Source of the DNA: Macrostomum lignano
Lineage: Eukaryota
Reading direction: 5' to 3'
DNA length: 64,000 nucleotides
Assembly: GCA_002269645.1 (NCBI GenBank)
Contig: NIVC01002279.1
Coordinates: forward strand, 83,155 to 147,154
Shown piece by piece: positions 38,432-52,800 of this stretch (positions are counted from its first letter, which is position 1; each line of letters opens with the position of its first letter). Below the pieces are notes generated by a model. The model ran no database searches and was not told the DNA's origin. It saw only the letters and a list, made by a program, of their open reading frames with translations. Both the position numbers and the translations under genes were made by a program.

Positions 38432-41400
38432 GCCTGTCTGTCTGTCTGCCTGTCTGGCTGGCTGTCTGTCTTAGTGTCTATCTGTCTGTCTGTCTACCGA
38501 GCACAAGCCACTCGCCATATCCCATTGCTCGCGCCTGCCACCGCAGAGACGATCCAGTTCGATCGCTGCCCACATCAGCCCCGGCCATGGGCCCCGTTGT
38601 GGAATCGAGCCGCAGTCGCCGCCATGTGCCCTACTCGCCACTTCACGGCCCCGAACTGGTGGCCCTAATGAAAATCGGCACCCGGGTTGTGCGCGGCCAG
38701 GACTGGAAGTGGGGCCATCAGGTGAGCTTGGCGTCTTGCTTTAGTTCACTTAAGCACAGTTAGGAAGGCTGGAAGGGCGTACGGTTCACTGAAGGGTCAA
38801 GAATCCAACGGAACCTTTGCGTATCAATCAAATGAACACTAACAATCCAGCGGCCCTCATTTGGGAATCCAATATCCCTATGACCGAATGACTCAATTAA
38901 AATCCAGCTTCCGTATGACCGAATGACTCAATTAAAATCCAAATTTCCTATGGCCAAATGACAATTAAAATCCAGCTTCCCTATGACCGAATGACTCAAT
39001 TTGAATCCAGCTTCCCTATGACGGAATGACTCAGTGGGAATCCAGCTTCCCTATGACCGAATGACTCAATTTGAATCCAGCTTCCCTTTGACCGAATGAC
39101 TCAGTGGGAATCCAGCTTCCCTATGACCGAATGACTCAATTTGAATCCAACTTCCCTATGACCGAATGACTCAATTTGAATCCAGCTTCCCTATGACGGA
39201 ATGACTCAGTGGGAATCCAGCTTCCCTATGACCGAATGACTCAATTTGAATCCAGCTTCCCTTTGACCGAATGACTCAGTGGGAATCCAGCTTCCCTATG
39301 CTATCCTATAACCATGACGGAAATCCCTTAGACTAAGCGAACACCCATAAATCCCCCGATAAACCCGGCCGCAGGACGATGGCAACAGCGTTGGCACAAT
39401 TGTCGGCGAACTAGGCGACGACGGCTGGATCCGGGTGAACTGGGACAGCGGCGGCACCAACTCCTACAGGATGGGCCGGGAAGGCAAATACGATTTGAAG
39501 CTGGCCGAGCCCCCCATGATCTCCGTGGAGGACGATGACGATGACGAAGATTTTGACGACGACATTGGCGAATTTGACGACAGTGTCGATTTCAGCGACA
39601 ATGATATTGACTACGAGGTCGACGGCGAGGTCTCGAACGTCGTCGCTGTTGTCGACGGCGCCGACCAGCGGCAACAGAAACTGGACGACGACGCCAGCAA
39701 CGTCGCCGATAGGCGACATCGTCGACACCAAAACTATCGACGTCGTCGCCTATCAAAGTCGAAATTGTCGACCGACGCGCGTCGTCGACTTCAACAGGAG
39801 CGTCGGCGTCGTGCCGTGGAGAGTGAGGCCAGACATCCGGACTGCGGCCTGCGGCGGATCTGCTCGGCGTGGCGCGTCGGCCTGCTGCACCGGGTGGCCA
39901 GCCAGCCCGACTGCTTGGACCAGCGCTGCTGGGACCGTCTGGCTGCGTTCGTCTACGACGCTCTGGCCTCGTGTCTCGAAGGCGGCGATGCCGGCGGCAA
40001 CGGCGGCTGGTTCAGCTTGAAGCTGATCCTCCGACTATGCTGTTGCAAGGCCTTTGTTCGTAGGCTGGTGACCGATAAATGGGTCGGCCTGCTGGTGCGT
40101 TGGAAGGTTAAAGTATTGAAAATTAGAGTACCTTTAATACTCTGAGATCTCTTTCGACCTTTAACTCCAGGAGTGCATTTCTGTAGTTTCTTTAAATTTG
40201 GGCTGATATTCTTTCATATCTGAATTAAGTGGTATCTGGGGTGAGATTCTATGGTATCTGGGTTGAGATTCTGTGGTATCTGGGATGAGATTCTGTGGTA
40301 TCTGGGTTGAGATTCTGTGGTATCTGGGTTGAGATTCTGTGGTATCTGGGTTGAGATTCTGTGGTATCTGGGTTGAGATTCTGTGGTATCTGGGGTGACA
40401 TTATATGGTATCTGGGGTGACATTATATGGTATCTGGGGTGAGATTCTGTGGTATCTGGGGTGACATTATATGGTATCTGGGGTGAGATTCTATGGTTTC
40501 TGGGGTGAGATTCTTTGGTTTCTGGGGTGATATTCTATGGTATCTGGGGTGAGATTCTTTGGCATCTGGGGTGAGATTCTGTGGCATCTGGGGTGAGATT
40601 CTATGGTATCTGGGTTGAGATTCTGTGGTATCTGGGGTGAGATTCTGTGGTATCTGGGGTGACATTATATGGTATCTGGGGTGAGATTCTATGGTATCTG
40701 GGGTGAGATTCTGTGGTATCTGGGTTGAGATTCTGTGGTATCTGGGGTGACATTATATGGTATCTGGGTTGAGATTCTGTGGTATCTGGGGTGACAGTAT
40801 ATGGTATCTGGGGTGAGATTCTATGGCATCTGGGTGAGATTATGTGGTATCTGGGGTGAGATTCTGTGGCATCTGGGTGAGATTATGTGGTATCTGGGGT
40901 GAGATTCGGTGGCATCTGGGTGAGATTATGTGGTATCTGGGTGAGATTATGTGGTATCTGGGTGAGATTCTGTGGCATCTGGGTGAGATTATGTGGTATC
41001 TGGGGTGAGATTCTGTGGCATCTGGGTGAGATTATGTGGTATTTGTGTTAATGTTGTCTTAGATGTGATCCTCAGGATGTAATTCGGAGGTACTCGGTGT
41101 GAGATAGTCCGTGGGATTTCTCGAGTAACTGGAACTGCCGCCCAGTTTTTTCATTATTATTATGGAACAAGCTGTTGAAACCCGCGGATTTTGAACCCGG
41201 GGAACTCCATTCCCCGGAATTATTTTTGCATGTATTCTAAAATCTGAGGTAAAACTCAAACAAAAACTTGTTCCCTTGTTAATAGTTAGGATAGAGTTAG
41301 GATAGAGTTAGGATCATGTAAAATTAGGATTTGAGGCAAACATTGATATTGTTGGCTGGGGTGCTGCGCAGAATGTCAGGAAAACTCTGGCCTCTACCTC

Positions 41401-44400
41401 TGCCTCTCCCTATGTCCTTTGCATCCTTTGAAACTTCCATCTTCTTTTCTGTTTCCTATCTTCTCTCTCGTCTCTTCTCTCTCTCCCCTCTTATCTTTTC
41501 TTTCTTCTCTCCTCTCTCGTCTCTTCTCTCGTCTCTTCCCTCTCCCCTCTATTATTTTCTCTCTCTTCTCCTCTCTTCGCTCTGGTCTCTGGTCTCTCAT
41601 ATCTCCTTTCTCCTGTTTTATCTTTTCTCATTTCTCTCTGCTCTCTACTCTGTCTTCCCTCTGCTCTCTACTCTCTCTTCCCTCACTCTTCTCACTCCTT
41701 ACTCTACCCTCTCTCAACACTTTCCTTATCTCTACTCTCTCCTTTTTCCTCTCTTCTCTCAACTCTTTCCTCTCCTCTGTCCACTCTCTCCTCTCATCTC
41801 TCTGCTCTCTCCTATCCTATCTCTCTTCTCTCCCCTCTTTCCTCTCCTCCCTCGTCCTTTTCACCAATTTCCCCTGTCCTCTCGATTCTCTCCCTTCCCC
41901 TCCTCTCTCCTCACTCACTTCTCATCTCTCCCTTGTCTACACCTCTCATCCCTTATTTCTTATCTCTCCTCTTTTCTCTCTACTCTCCCATCTCTCGTCT
42001 GTTCTGATCTCTCATCTCCCCTCTCTGATCTGTCATCTTTACTCTCATATGTTCTCTCACCTCTCTCCCCTTGTAATCCTCTCTTTCCCCTTTTTGACTC
42101 AGGAGGACTCGATCCTTTCTTCTTTCTTCTCGTCTCTTCTCTTCTCTCTTCTATACTCTCTCCCTCTCTTGTCTTCTCTCTTCTCTCTCACTCTCGTCTC
42201 TCCTCTCTTATATCGTCTGTTCACTCTCATCTTTGCTCTCTCATTCCCCTCTCTCTTCTGTCATCTCTACTCTCCTCTCTACTGTGTACTCTTCTCTTTC
42301 CCCTCTTCTGACTCCTCTCTTTCCTTACTCCTCTCTTCTCTTCCCTCTTCTATACTCTCTCCCCTCTATTCTCTTTTCTCGTCTCTCCGCACTCTGCTCT
42401 CTCTTCCTTCATCTCTCATCTCTACTCTACTCTCTCATATTTCCTTTCATCTCACTTATCTCTACAATCTCATCTCTTTCCTCTCTCCTCCTCTTCCCTT
42501 TACTCTATCATCTCTCCTTTGTCCTCTCTTCTTTCTCAACTCTCTCTCTCATCTCTATCTTCTCTCTTCTCACTCGTCTCTCCCCCTCTTATCTCCTCCC
42601 CTCTATCCTTTCTAATCCCCCTCTCGATACTCTCATCTCCTCTTTGTTCTCTCATCTCACTCTTCTCTACTCTCCTCTCTCATCGATCCTCTGTCTTATC
42701 TCTCCCCTCTTCTCTCTCCATCTTCTCACCTCTACTATTTCCTCTCCCTTCTCTCTCCCCTCCTCTCGCTTCTTCGTCCCATATTCTCTGCTTTCTCCTC
42801 ACCTCCTCGTACGTCTCTCCTGTTATCTTCTATCTTTTCTTTTATCCCCTCTCGCCCCTCCTCCCTTTCAAATAGTCTATTCCTTTTCCTTTTCACTCTC
42901 ATCTGGCCCGTAGCCATGAGTTGGATTCTTTATCTGGCCTTTGAGATAAAAATCTGCCGATCCCTGCTTCGAAAGCCAGTTTATGGGACGTAGTAATACT
43001 ATCGTGGTTGTTATCATTTCTCATGCTTTAATCATGTCATCTTTCTGGCCAATTAGCAGCCCTGAGAGAAATTTGTATATCTCCAGCTCCACCACCACAG
43101 TCTGCAGCAGTCTAACAAACAACCATGGAAATACGCATTTCTTAGGAGGCCATTTAAATTTTAAAGTACCTTATGCGAATCTTAATGTTAAAATTTTCAT
43201 GGTGTAAGTGTAACTAATTTAGTAGGATTGCATTGTAATCAGTTATTCATTAATTTTTCGATATTTTTTACAAACCCCTTGATTTGCCATCCTTGTTTAA
43301 CTGCTGCAGACTTGTCTATTCAGAGGACAGTGGTTTGAAATTGAATCTCTCGCTAAACTCTCTCCTCTCTACGCCTCTCCACTCGCGGGGGTACAGAGAA
43401 GGCTATTAAAAAGTTATTCCAAAACACTGTACATTCGCTATGTACATTGAGCCCTATCGCCTGACCCTTCGTCTGGCTCTGGGGGAATGAGTGAGTGAGT
43501 GGCACAAACAACAGAAAAAGCAGACAAACTTCACATGCTTACAGTTTCTTTTTCGGTTGAGTTACAGAGTTGAAACTTTACATTTAGATAGAGAATGAGT
43601 CAATAAAGAATTGTGTCAAGTTTGAAGTCAATCAATTTACGTGGAGCAAACTTATGGCAGCTGAAAATTAGTCAATTTTGAAACCCTTTTACACATCTGG
43701 GCCCAGATCGGTATCGGAAAGAGAGGCAGGCGGGCGGAGGTTGGGGTGGTTGCTACGCTGAAAAAAAACAGCCTAACTTTAAAAGTGCACAGCACTGCTC
43801 AGGATTAACTTTGAGACTCGAAATTTTACACGATTGTGCCAAAATAGTTGAAGATTATCTGTGTCAAATTTGAAGAGAATCGGTAGAAGTGGAGCGGCGC
43901 TATGGAGGATTTAGTGAAAAAATCGCGCATTTTGAGCAGTTTTTTGCACTTTTAGGTAGGAAGACTCAAATTTAGGAAATTTTAAGGTAGCCTAAGACAT
44001 TCTCCGTAGTAAGTTTAGGGTGGGTGTAAAGTTTGGTGTAATTTGGTTGAGCAGTTTGGGAGTCCATAGCGATCAAAATTGTCCACACACACACACACAC
44101 ACAGAGTTTTGATTTTTATATGTAGACGAGGCCAACTCCTCCTCTGGAGGAGAAAGGGGAAGAACTCCCATCACCGGAATTCCATTCCCTGAAATCCATC
44201 AGCTGAAATTCCATGACTTGAATCCCATCTTCCAAATCATCTCCAAATCCTCTGTAAAGCCTTTCAAATACCATATCTTGTTTTCCCTGTTCGCAAAAAC
44301 TGACTGCCATTGTCCAGACTCAGATTCTTCTGTCTCCTCTCTTCTCTTTTCTCTCCTCTCACGTCTCTCATCTCTACCACCTTATTTATCTCTTCTCCCT

Positions 44401-47400
44401 CGTCTTTCGTCTTTCTCTTCTGTCTCCTTTATCCCCTGTTTTCTCCTCTCTCCTCTCTCCTCTCTTCTCTCCTCTCTCATCTCTCATCCCTCATGCCTCA
44501 TCTCACTATTTCTTTCTCCTCTACTCTCAGCTCCTCTCTTCTCTCTCCTCTCATCTCTCCTGTCTCCCTCTGCTATCTCATATATTCCCTCTCATCTCCT
44601 CTCTCCTCTTTTCTTCTCTCTCCCTCTTCGTTCCCGCCTTACTCCCCTCTTCTCTCCCATCTGTCATGTCTAATCTGTCCTCTCTCATCTCTACTCTCTT
44701 TTCTATAATCTCTTCTCTCTTCTCTTTTCACTCTTCTCTTTACTCTCTTTACTGACTGACTGAAGATACCAAATCCATCAAAATCCCTCCGTGAAACAGA
44801 AATCCTCTCCGCGAAACAGAAATCCTCTCCGCGAAACAGAAATCCTCTCCGTGAAACTGGGCTCCATGGAAATCCTCTGAGTGAAACTGACATCCATCAA
44901 AATCGTCTCCGTAAAACAGAAATACATCTAAATTCTCTCCACGAAAAATAAATCCTCTCCGTGAAACCGAAAACCATCAGAATACTCCGTGAAACTGGAC
45001 TCAATCGAAATTTTCTCTGTCAAAAAGAACTTAACTTTCAGAATTCATTGGTTAGGGTTAGGGTTCGAGCTGCACAGAGCTGCGTGTTGAATTAATTGAA
45101 TCAATTAATTGCGCAAACCATTTCTCAGTCAGACAGTATCAGTCTTATTTAAAGTTAAATAAACAGTTGCGCAATCTAAATCAACCCTCCAATACACAGC
45201 AGCAGTGAGAAGTTGAACCCTCCCCAACTTTATCTATTACGTCTCGCAAAACTAAGTACAATCTTTGCAGAAAGTTAAAAGTATGAAAATAGTTTTTCAA
45301 ATGCTGTGCTTTTTCTTTTCATATATAAAGCAAACAACTTATATCCCCAAACTCAGCGTTGCAAGATCTTTCCAGCAATATAAGTCTCTCCTCTCAAAGT
45401 TTAAAACTCGAGGAACAGTTAGCGTTTGAAATTTACCGATTTCCCGACTGCTTGCTAGAGAAGCTCGCAGTCGCAATTCATTGAATTTCACTGCCAAGCT
45501 AATACACAGGGCTGGCTGCCTATGGAGAAAAAAGGCGCCGATAATAAAACCAAATGAATTTCGACACAGTCTATCTATTTACACTGTACAACTGCTATGT
45601 ACACTCAGCCCAAGCCCAACCCCCGTTCTGGGGGAAGCATTAAATTTAACTCGACCCCCCAACACGCGGGGGTTTTATTTGCATTGAACGCAGAACACGC
45701 GCACCCACCACCCCTCAATACACAGCGGCCCGCGGGCGGAGGTTGGGGTGGCTATTTTTACAAACTGGCTGAAGCCCCAGGCAGAGTGACCAAAGAAGGT
45801 TATTGGGGGTTAAAAAAGCAGTTTTCTGCTTTTTTAGGGATGTTAAAATGTGAAAATTAAAAATTAAAATAGCCTAAAGCCTGCTCCGGAAAATTTGCAG
45901 TTTTCCCATATAAGTTTCGACGTTGACTTGGCAGAATTGTAGGAGTTCACTTGCTACATACAGACAGACAGACATACAGACAGACAAACATCGCGTCAGT
46001 TTTAGTATTAGGACGAGGCCAACTCCTCCTCTGGAGGAGAAAGGGGAAGAACTCCCATCACCGGAATTCCATTCCCTGAAATCCATCAGCTGAAATTCCA
46101 TGACTTGAATCCCATCTTCCAAATCATCTCCAAATCCTCTGTAAAGCCTTTCCATTACCATATCTTGTTTTCCCTGTTCGCAAAAACTGACTGCCATTGT
46201 CCAGACTCAGATTCTTCTGTCTCCTCTCTTCTCTTTTCTCTCCTCTCACGTCTCTCATCTCTACCACCTTATTTATCTCTTCTCCCTCATCTTTCGTCTT
46301 TCTCTCCTGTCTCCTTTATCCCCTGTTTTCACCTCTCTCCTCTCTTCTCTCCTCTCTCATCTCACATCCCTCATGCCTCATCTCACTATTTCTTTCTCCT
46401 CTACTCTCAGCTCCTCTCTTCTCTCTCCTCTCATCTCTCCTGTCTCCCTCTGCTATCTCATATCTTCCCTCTCATCTCCTCTCTCCTCTTTTCTTCTCTC
46501 TCCCTCTTCGTTCCCGCCTTACTCCCCTCTTCTCTCCCATCTGTCATGTCTAATCTGTCCTCTCTCATCTCTACTCTCTTTTCTATAATCTCTTCTCTCT
46601 TCTCTTTTCACTCTTCTCTTTACTCTCTTTACTGACTGACTGAAGATACCAAATCCATCAAAATCCCTCCGTGAAACAGAAATCCTCTCCGCGAAACAGA
46701 AATCCTCTCCGCGAAACAGAAATCCTCTCCGCGAAACAGAAATCCTCTCCGCGAAACTGGACTCCTTTCGAAATCCAATCCGCGAAACAGAAATCCTCTC
46801 CGTGAAACTGGGCTCCATGGAAATCCTCTGAGTGAAACTGACATCCATCAAAATCGTCTCCGTAAAACAGAAATACATCTAGATTCTCTCCACGAAAAAG
46901 AAATCCTCTCCGTGAAACCGAAAACCATCAGAATACTCCGTGAAACTGGACTCAATCGAAATTTTCTCTGTCAAAAAGAACTTAACTCTCAGAATTCATT
47001 GGTTAGGGTTAGGGTTAGAGCTTCACAGAGCTGCGTGTTGAATTAATTGAATCAATTAATTGCGCAAACCATTTCTCAGTCAGACAGTATCAGTCTTATT
47101 TAAAGTTAAATAAACGGTTGCGCAGTCTAAATCAACCCTCCAATACGCAGCGGCAGACCCCCTTCCAATACGCCCAACTTTATCTATTACGTCTCGCAAA
47201 ACTGAGTACAATTTTTGCAGAAAGTTAAAAGTATGGAAATAGTTTTTTAAATGCGGTGCTTTTTCTTTTCATATTTAAAGCATACAACTTATATCCCCGA
47301 ACTCAGCGCTGCAAGATCTTTCCAGCAATATAAGTTTCTCCTCTCAAAGTTTAAAACTCGAGGAACAGTTAGCGTTTGAAATTTACCGATTTCCCGACTG

Positions 47401-49093
47401 CTTGCTAGAGAAGCTCGCAAGTTTATTCATTGAATTTCACTGCCAAACTAATACACAGGGCTGCCAATAATAAAACCAAATGAATCTCGACACAGTCTAT
47501 CTATTTACACTGTACAACTGCTATGTACACTCAGCCCAAGCCCAACCCCCGTTCTGGGGGAAGCATTAAATTTAACTCAACCCCCAACACGCGGGGGGTT
47601 TTATTTGCATTGAACCCAGAACACGCGCACCCACCACCCCTCAATACACAGCGGCCCGCGGGCGGAGGTTGGGGTGGCTATTTTTACAAACTGGCTGCAG
47701 CCCCAGGCAGAGTGGCCAAAGAAGGTTATTGGGGGTTAAAAAAGCAGTTTTCTGCTTTTTTAGGGATGTTAAAATGTGAAAATTAAAAATTAAAATAGCC
47801 TAAAGCCTGCTCCGGAAAATTTGCAGTTTTCCCATATAAGTTTCGACACTGACTTGGCAGTATTGTAGGAGTTCACTTGCTACATACAGACAGACAGACA
47901 GACAAACATCGCGTCGGTTTTAGTATTAGGAGAAAAACCAAATGAATTTCGACACAGTCTATCTATTTACACTGTACAACTGCTATGTACACTCAGCCCA
48001 AGCCCAACCCCCGTTCTGGGGGAAGCATTAAATTTAACTCGACCCCCCCAACACGCGGGGGTTTTATTTGCATTGAACGCAGAACACGCGCACCCACCAC
48101 CCCTCAATACACAGCGGCCCGCGGGCGGAGGTTGGGGTGGCTATTTTTACAAACTGGCTGAAGCCCCAGGCAGAGTGACCAAAGAAGGTTATTGGGGGTT
48201 AAAAAAGCAGTTTTCTGCTTTTTTAGGGATGTTAAAATGTGAAAATTAAAAATTAAAATAGCCTAAAGCCTGCTCCGGAAAATTTGCAGTTTTCCCATAT
48301 AAGTTTCGACGTTGACTTGGCAGAATTGTAGGAGTTCACTTGCTACATACAGACAGACAGACATACAGACAGACAAACATCGCGTCAGTTTTAGTATTAG
48401 GAGAAGAGACAAGCTGTTGAAACCCGCACATTTTGAACCCGGGAAACTCCAATCCCCGGAACTATTTTTGCATGTATTGAGATTAAACTCAAACAAAAAC
48501 ATTTATTAGTTGGGATAGAGTTAAACATGAAATAGAGTACATTCGTGTAAAATTAGGATTTGAGGCAAACATTGATATTGTTGGCTGGGGTGCTGCGCAG
48601 AATGTCAGGAAAACTCTGACTCTCCCTATGTCCCTTGCATTCTTTGAAACTTCTATCTTCTCTTCTGTTTTCTCACTTCTCTCTTGTCTCTTGTCTCTTC
48701 TCTCTCCTCTCATCTCTTCTTTCTTCTCTCCTCTGTCCCCTCTTCTTTTGTCTCTTCCCTCTATTCGTTTCTCTCTCCTTTCCTCTCTTCTCTCTCGTCT
48801 CTGCTCTCTCATCTCTCCTTTCTCCTCTTTTATCTCTTCTCATTTCTCTCTGCTCTCTCCTCTCTCTTCTCTCTCTGCTCTCTACTCTCTCTTCCCTCTC
48901 CTCTCCTCTCTTCTCACTCATTACATTACCCTCTCTCAACACTTCCCTCATCTCTCCTCTCTCCTTTCTCTTCTCTTCTCTCCACTCTCTCCTCTCATCT
49001 CTTCTATCGTTTCTTTCCTCACCTCTCTTCTCACTCATCTTTGCTCTATTATCTTTCCTTTCTCTTCTTTTATCTTTTCTCTCTTATCTCTTC

Positions 49094-49151
<58 letters not shown>

Positions 49152-49834
49152 TCTCTCCTGTCTCATCTCTCTTCTCCTCTCTAATCTCTTCCCTCTTTCC
49201 TCTCCTCTCTCGTCCTTCCCCTCTTTCCCCTGTCTTCTCGATTCTCTCCCTCCCCTCCTCTCTCCTCACTCACTTCTCTCTCCCTTTGTCTCACCTCTCA
49301 TCTCTCATCTCTTATTTCTTATCTCTCCTCTTTTCTCTGTCATCTGTCATCTTTACTCTCTTATACTCGTATGCTCTCTCACCTCTCTCCTTTGTACTCT
49401 TCTCTTTCCCCTCTTTTGACTCCTCTCTTTCCTTTCTCCTTTCTCCTTTCTTCTCTTCTCTCCCCTCTTCTATACTCTCTCCCTCTCGTGTCTTCTCTCT
49501 TTTCTCTCCACTCTCCTCTCTCCTCTCATATATCGTCTGTTCACTCTCATCTGTCTCATCCCCTATCTCTTCTGTTATCTCTACTCTCCTCTCTCCTGTG
49601 TACTCTTCTCTTTCCCCTCTTCTGACTCCCCTCTTTCCTTACTCCTCTCTTCTCTTCCCTCTTCTTTACTCTCTCCACTCTATTCTCTCGTCTCTCGTCT
49701 CTCTGCACTCTGCTCTCTCCTCCTTCATCTCTCATCTCTACTCTCTCATCTCTCCTTTTCTCTCTCTTATCTCTACAATCTAATTTCTTTCCTCTCTCCT
49801 CCTCTTCCCTTTACTTTATCTCTCCTTTCTCCTC

Positions 49835-49870
<36 letters not shown>

Positions 49871-52800
49871 CTCTCTCTCGCTCTCTCTCTCTCTTTCTCA
49901 TCTTTATCTCCTCTCTTCTCACTCCTCTCTCCCCCTCTTTCCCCCTCTTATCTCCTCTCCTCGATCCTTTCTAACCTCTCCTCTCGATCCTCTCCTCTCT
50001 CATCGATCCTGTCTTATCTCTCCCCTCTTCTCTCTCCCCTCCCTCTTCTCACCTCTACTCTTTCCTCTCTCTTCTCTCTCCCCTCCTCTCGCTTTTTCCT
50101 CGCATATTCTCTGCTCTCTCCTCACCCCCTCGTATCTCTTGTTATCTTCTATTATTTCTCTTATTCCCCTCTCGCCCCTCCTTCTCTTTCTAATAGTCTA
50201 TTCCTTCTCCTTTCCACTCTCATCTGGCCCGCAGCCATGAGCTTGATTCTTTATCTGACTTTTGAGGTAAAAATCTGCCGATCCCTGCTTCGAAAGCCAG
50301 TTTTTGGGACGTAGTTGTTATCATTTCTCATGCTTTAATCACGTCATCTTTCTGGCCAATTAGTAGCCCTGAGAGGAATCTCCAGCTCCACGAACACCAC
50401 CACAGTCTGCAGCAGTCTAACAACCAAGGACACACGCATTTCTTAGGAGCCATTTAAATTTTAAAGTACCTTATGCGAAACTTAATGTCAAAAGTTTCAT
50501 GGTGTAACTAATTTAGTAGGATTGCATCGTAATCAGTTATTTATTAATTTTTCGCTATTTTTACAAATACGCTCGTACAAACCATCCCGCTGCCCGCATC
50601 GCATTGATTTGCCGCTGCTGCAGACTCTCCATACAGAGGACAGTGGTTTGAATCTCTCACTAAACTGTCAAGGCTAAACGTAGCCTCTCCACGCGCGGGG
50701 GTGCAGAGAAGGCTGTTAAAAAGTTATTCCAAAACACTGTACATTTGCTATGTACATTCAGCCCTATCGCCTGACCCTTCGTCTGGGCTGGGGGAATGAG
50801 TGAGTGAGTGGCACAAACAACAGAAAAAGCAGACAAACTTCACATGCTTACAGTTTCTTTTTCTGTTAAGTTACAGAGTTGAAACTTTACATTTAGATAG
50901 AGAATGAGTCAATGAAGAATTGTGTCAAGTTTGAAGTCAATCGCTTTACGTGGAGCAAATTTATGGCAGCTGAAATTTAGTCAATTTTGAAACCCTTTTA
51001 CACATCAGGGCCCAGATCAGTATCGGGAAAGAGAGGCAGGCGGGCGGAGGTTGGGGTGGCTGCCTCGCTGAAAAAAACAGCTTAACTTTAAAAGTGCACA
51101 GCGGCTTTCAGGATTAACTTTGAGATTTGAAATTTTACACGATTGTGTCAAAATAGTTGAAAATTGCCTGTGTCAAATTTGAAGAGAATCGGTAGAAGTG
51201 GAGCGGCGCTATAGAGGATTTAGTGAAAAAATCGCGCATTTTGAGCAGTTTTTTGTACTTTTAGGTAGGAAGACTTGAGTCTAGGAAATTTAAAGGTAGC
51301 CTAAGACATTCTCCGTAGTGAGTTTAGGGTGGGTGTAAAGTTTGGTGTCATTTGGTTGAGCGGTTTGGGAGTCCATAGCGATCAAAATTGTCCACACACA
51401 GACACACACACAGAGTTTTGATTTTTATATGTAGAGACAAGCTGTTGAAACCCGCGGAATTTGAACCCGGGGAATTCCAATCCCCGGAACTACTTTTGCA
51501 TGTATTCTGAAATCTGAGCCCATACTCAAACAAAAACTTGTTAATAGTTAGTAGGATAGAGGTAAACAAAATGGAGTACATTCGCGTACAATTAGGATTC
51601 GAGGCAAACATTGATATTGTTAGCTGGGGTGCTTTTTACTTTAAATAGGCAATTAATGTCTGTCTGACTCTAAAACATGTACGCTCGTATTGGCAAACTC
51701 TGGCCTCTGCCTCTGACTCTCCCTACGTCCCTTGGATCCTTTGAAACTTCTATCTTCTCTTCTGTTTCCTCTCTTCTCTCTCGTCCCTCATCTCTCCTCT
51801 CTGCTCTCTCTCCTCTCCTCTCTTCTCTTTTTCCTCTCTCCTCTCTCCCCTCTTCTCTTGTATCTTACCTCATTTTTCTTCTTTTTCATCTCTATTATCT
51901 CATCTCTTTTCTCTTCTTTTCTCTTATTTTCTCTTTCCTCTCCTCCCACTCTTCTCTCGTCTTTTCCTTCACCTCTCTTCTCTCTCGTCTTTATTTGCTC
52001 TCTGATCTCTCCTTTCTCTTCTCTCTTCTCTTTTATCTCTTTTCATTTCTCTCTGCTTTCCCCCTCTCTCTCTGCTTCCCCCCCTCTCTCTGCTTCCCCC
52101 CTCTCTCTCTGCTTCCCCCCTCTCTCTCTGCTTCCCCCCTCTCTCTGCTTCCCCCTCTCTCTCTGCTTCCCCCCCTCTCTCTGCTTCCCCCTCTCTCTCT
52201 GCTTCCCCCTCTCTCTGCTCCCCCCTCTCTCTGCTTCCCCCCTCTCTCTGCTTCCCCACTCTCTCTGCTTCCCCCCTCTCTCTGCTTCCCCCTCTCTCTG
52301 CTTCCCCCTCTCTCTGCTTCCCCCTCTCTCTGCTTCCCCCCTCTCTCTGCTTCCCCCTCTCTCTGCTTCCCCCCTCTCTCTGCTTCCCCCCTCTCTCTCT
52401 GCTTCCCCCTCTCTCTGCTTCCCCACTCTCTCTGCTTCCCCCTCTCTCTGCTTCCCCCTCTCTCTGCTTCCCCCTCTCTCTGCTTCCCCCCTCTCTCTGC
52501 TTCCCCCCTCTCTCTGCTTCCCCCCTCTCTCTGCTTCCCCTCTCTCTCTGCTTCCCCCCTCTCTCTGCTTCCCCCTCTCTCTGCTTCCCCCTCTCTCTGC
52601 TTCCCCACTCTCTCTTATCTCTCCTCTCCCATCTTTTTTCTCCTCTCTACTCTCTCCCCTCCATTTTCCTCTTTTCTCTCCTCTCGCCTCACTCACTTCT
52701 CTCTTCCTTTGTCTCTCCTCTAGTCTCTGTAATCTCTTCTCTCTTATCTCTCTTCTGTTCTCTCTACTCTCCCATCTCTCGTCTGTTCATTTTCGTCTCT

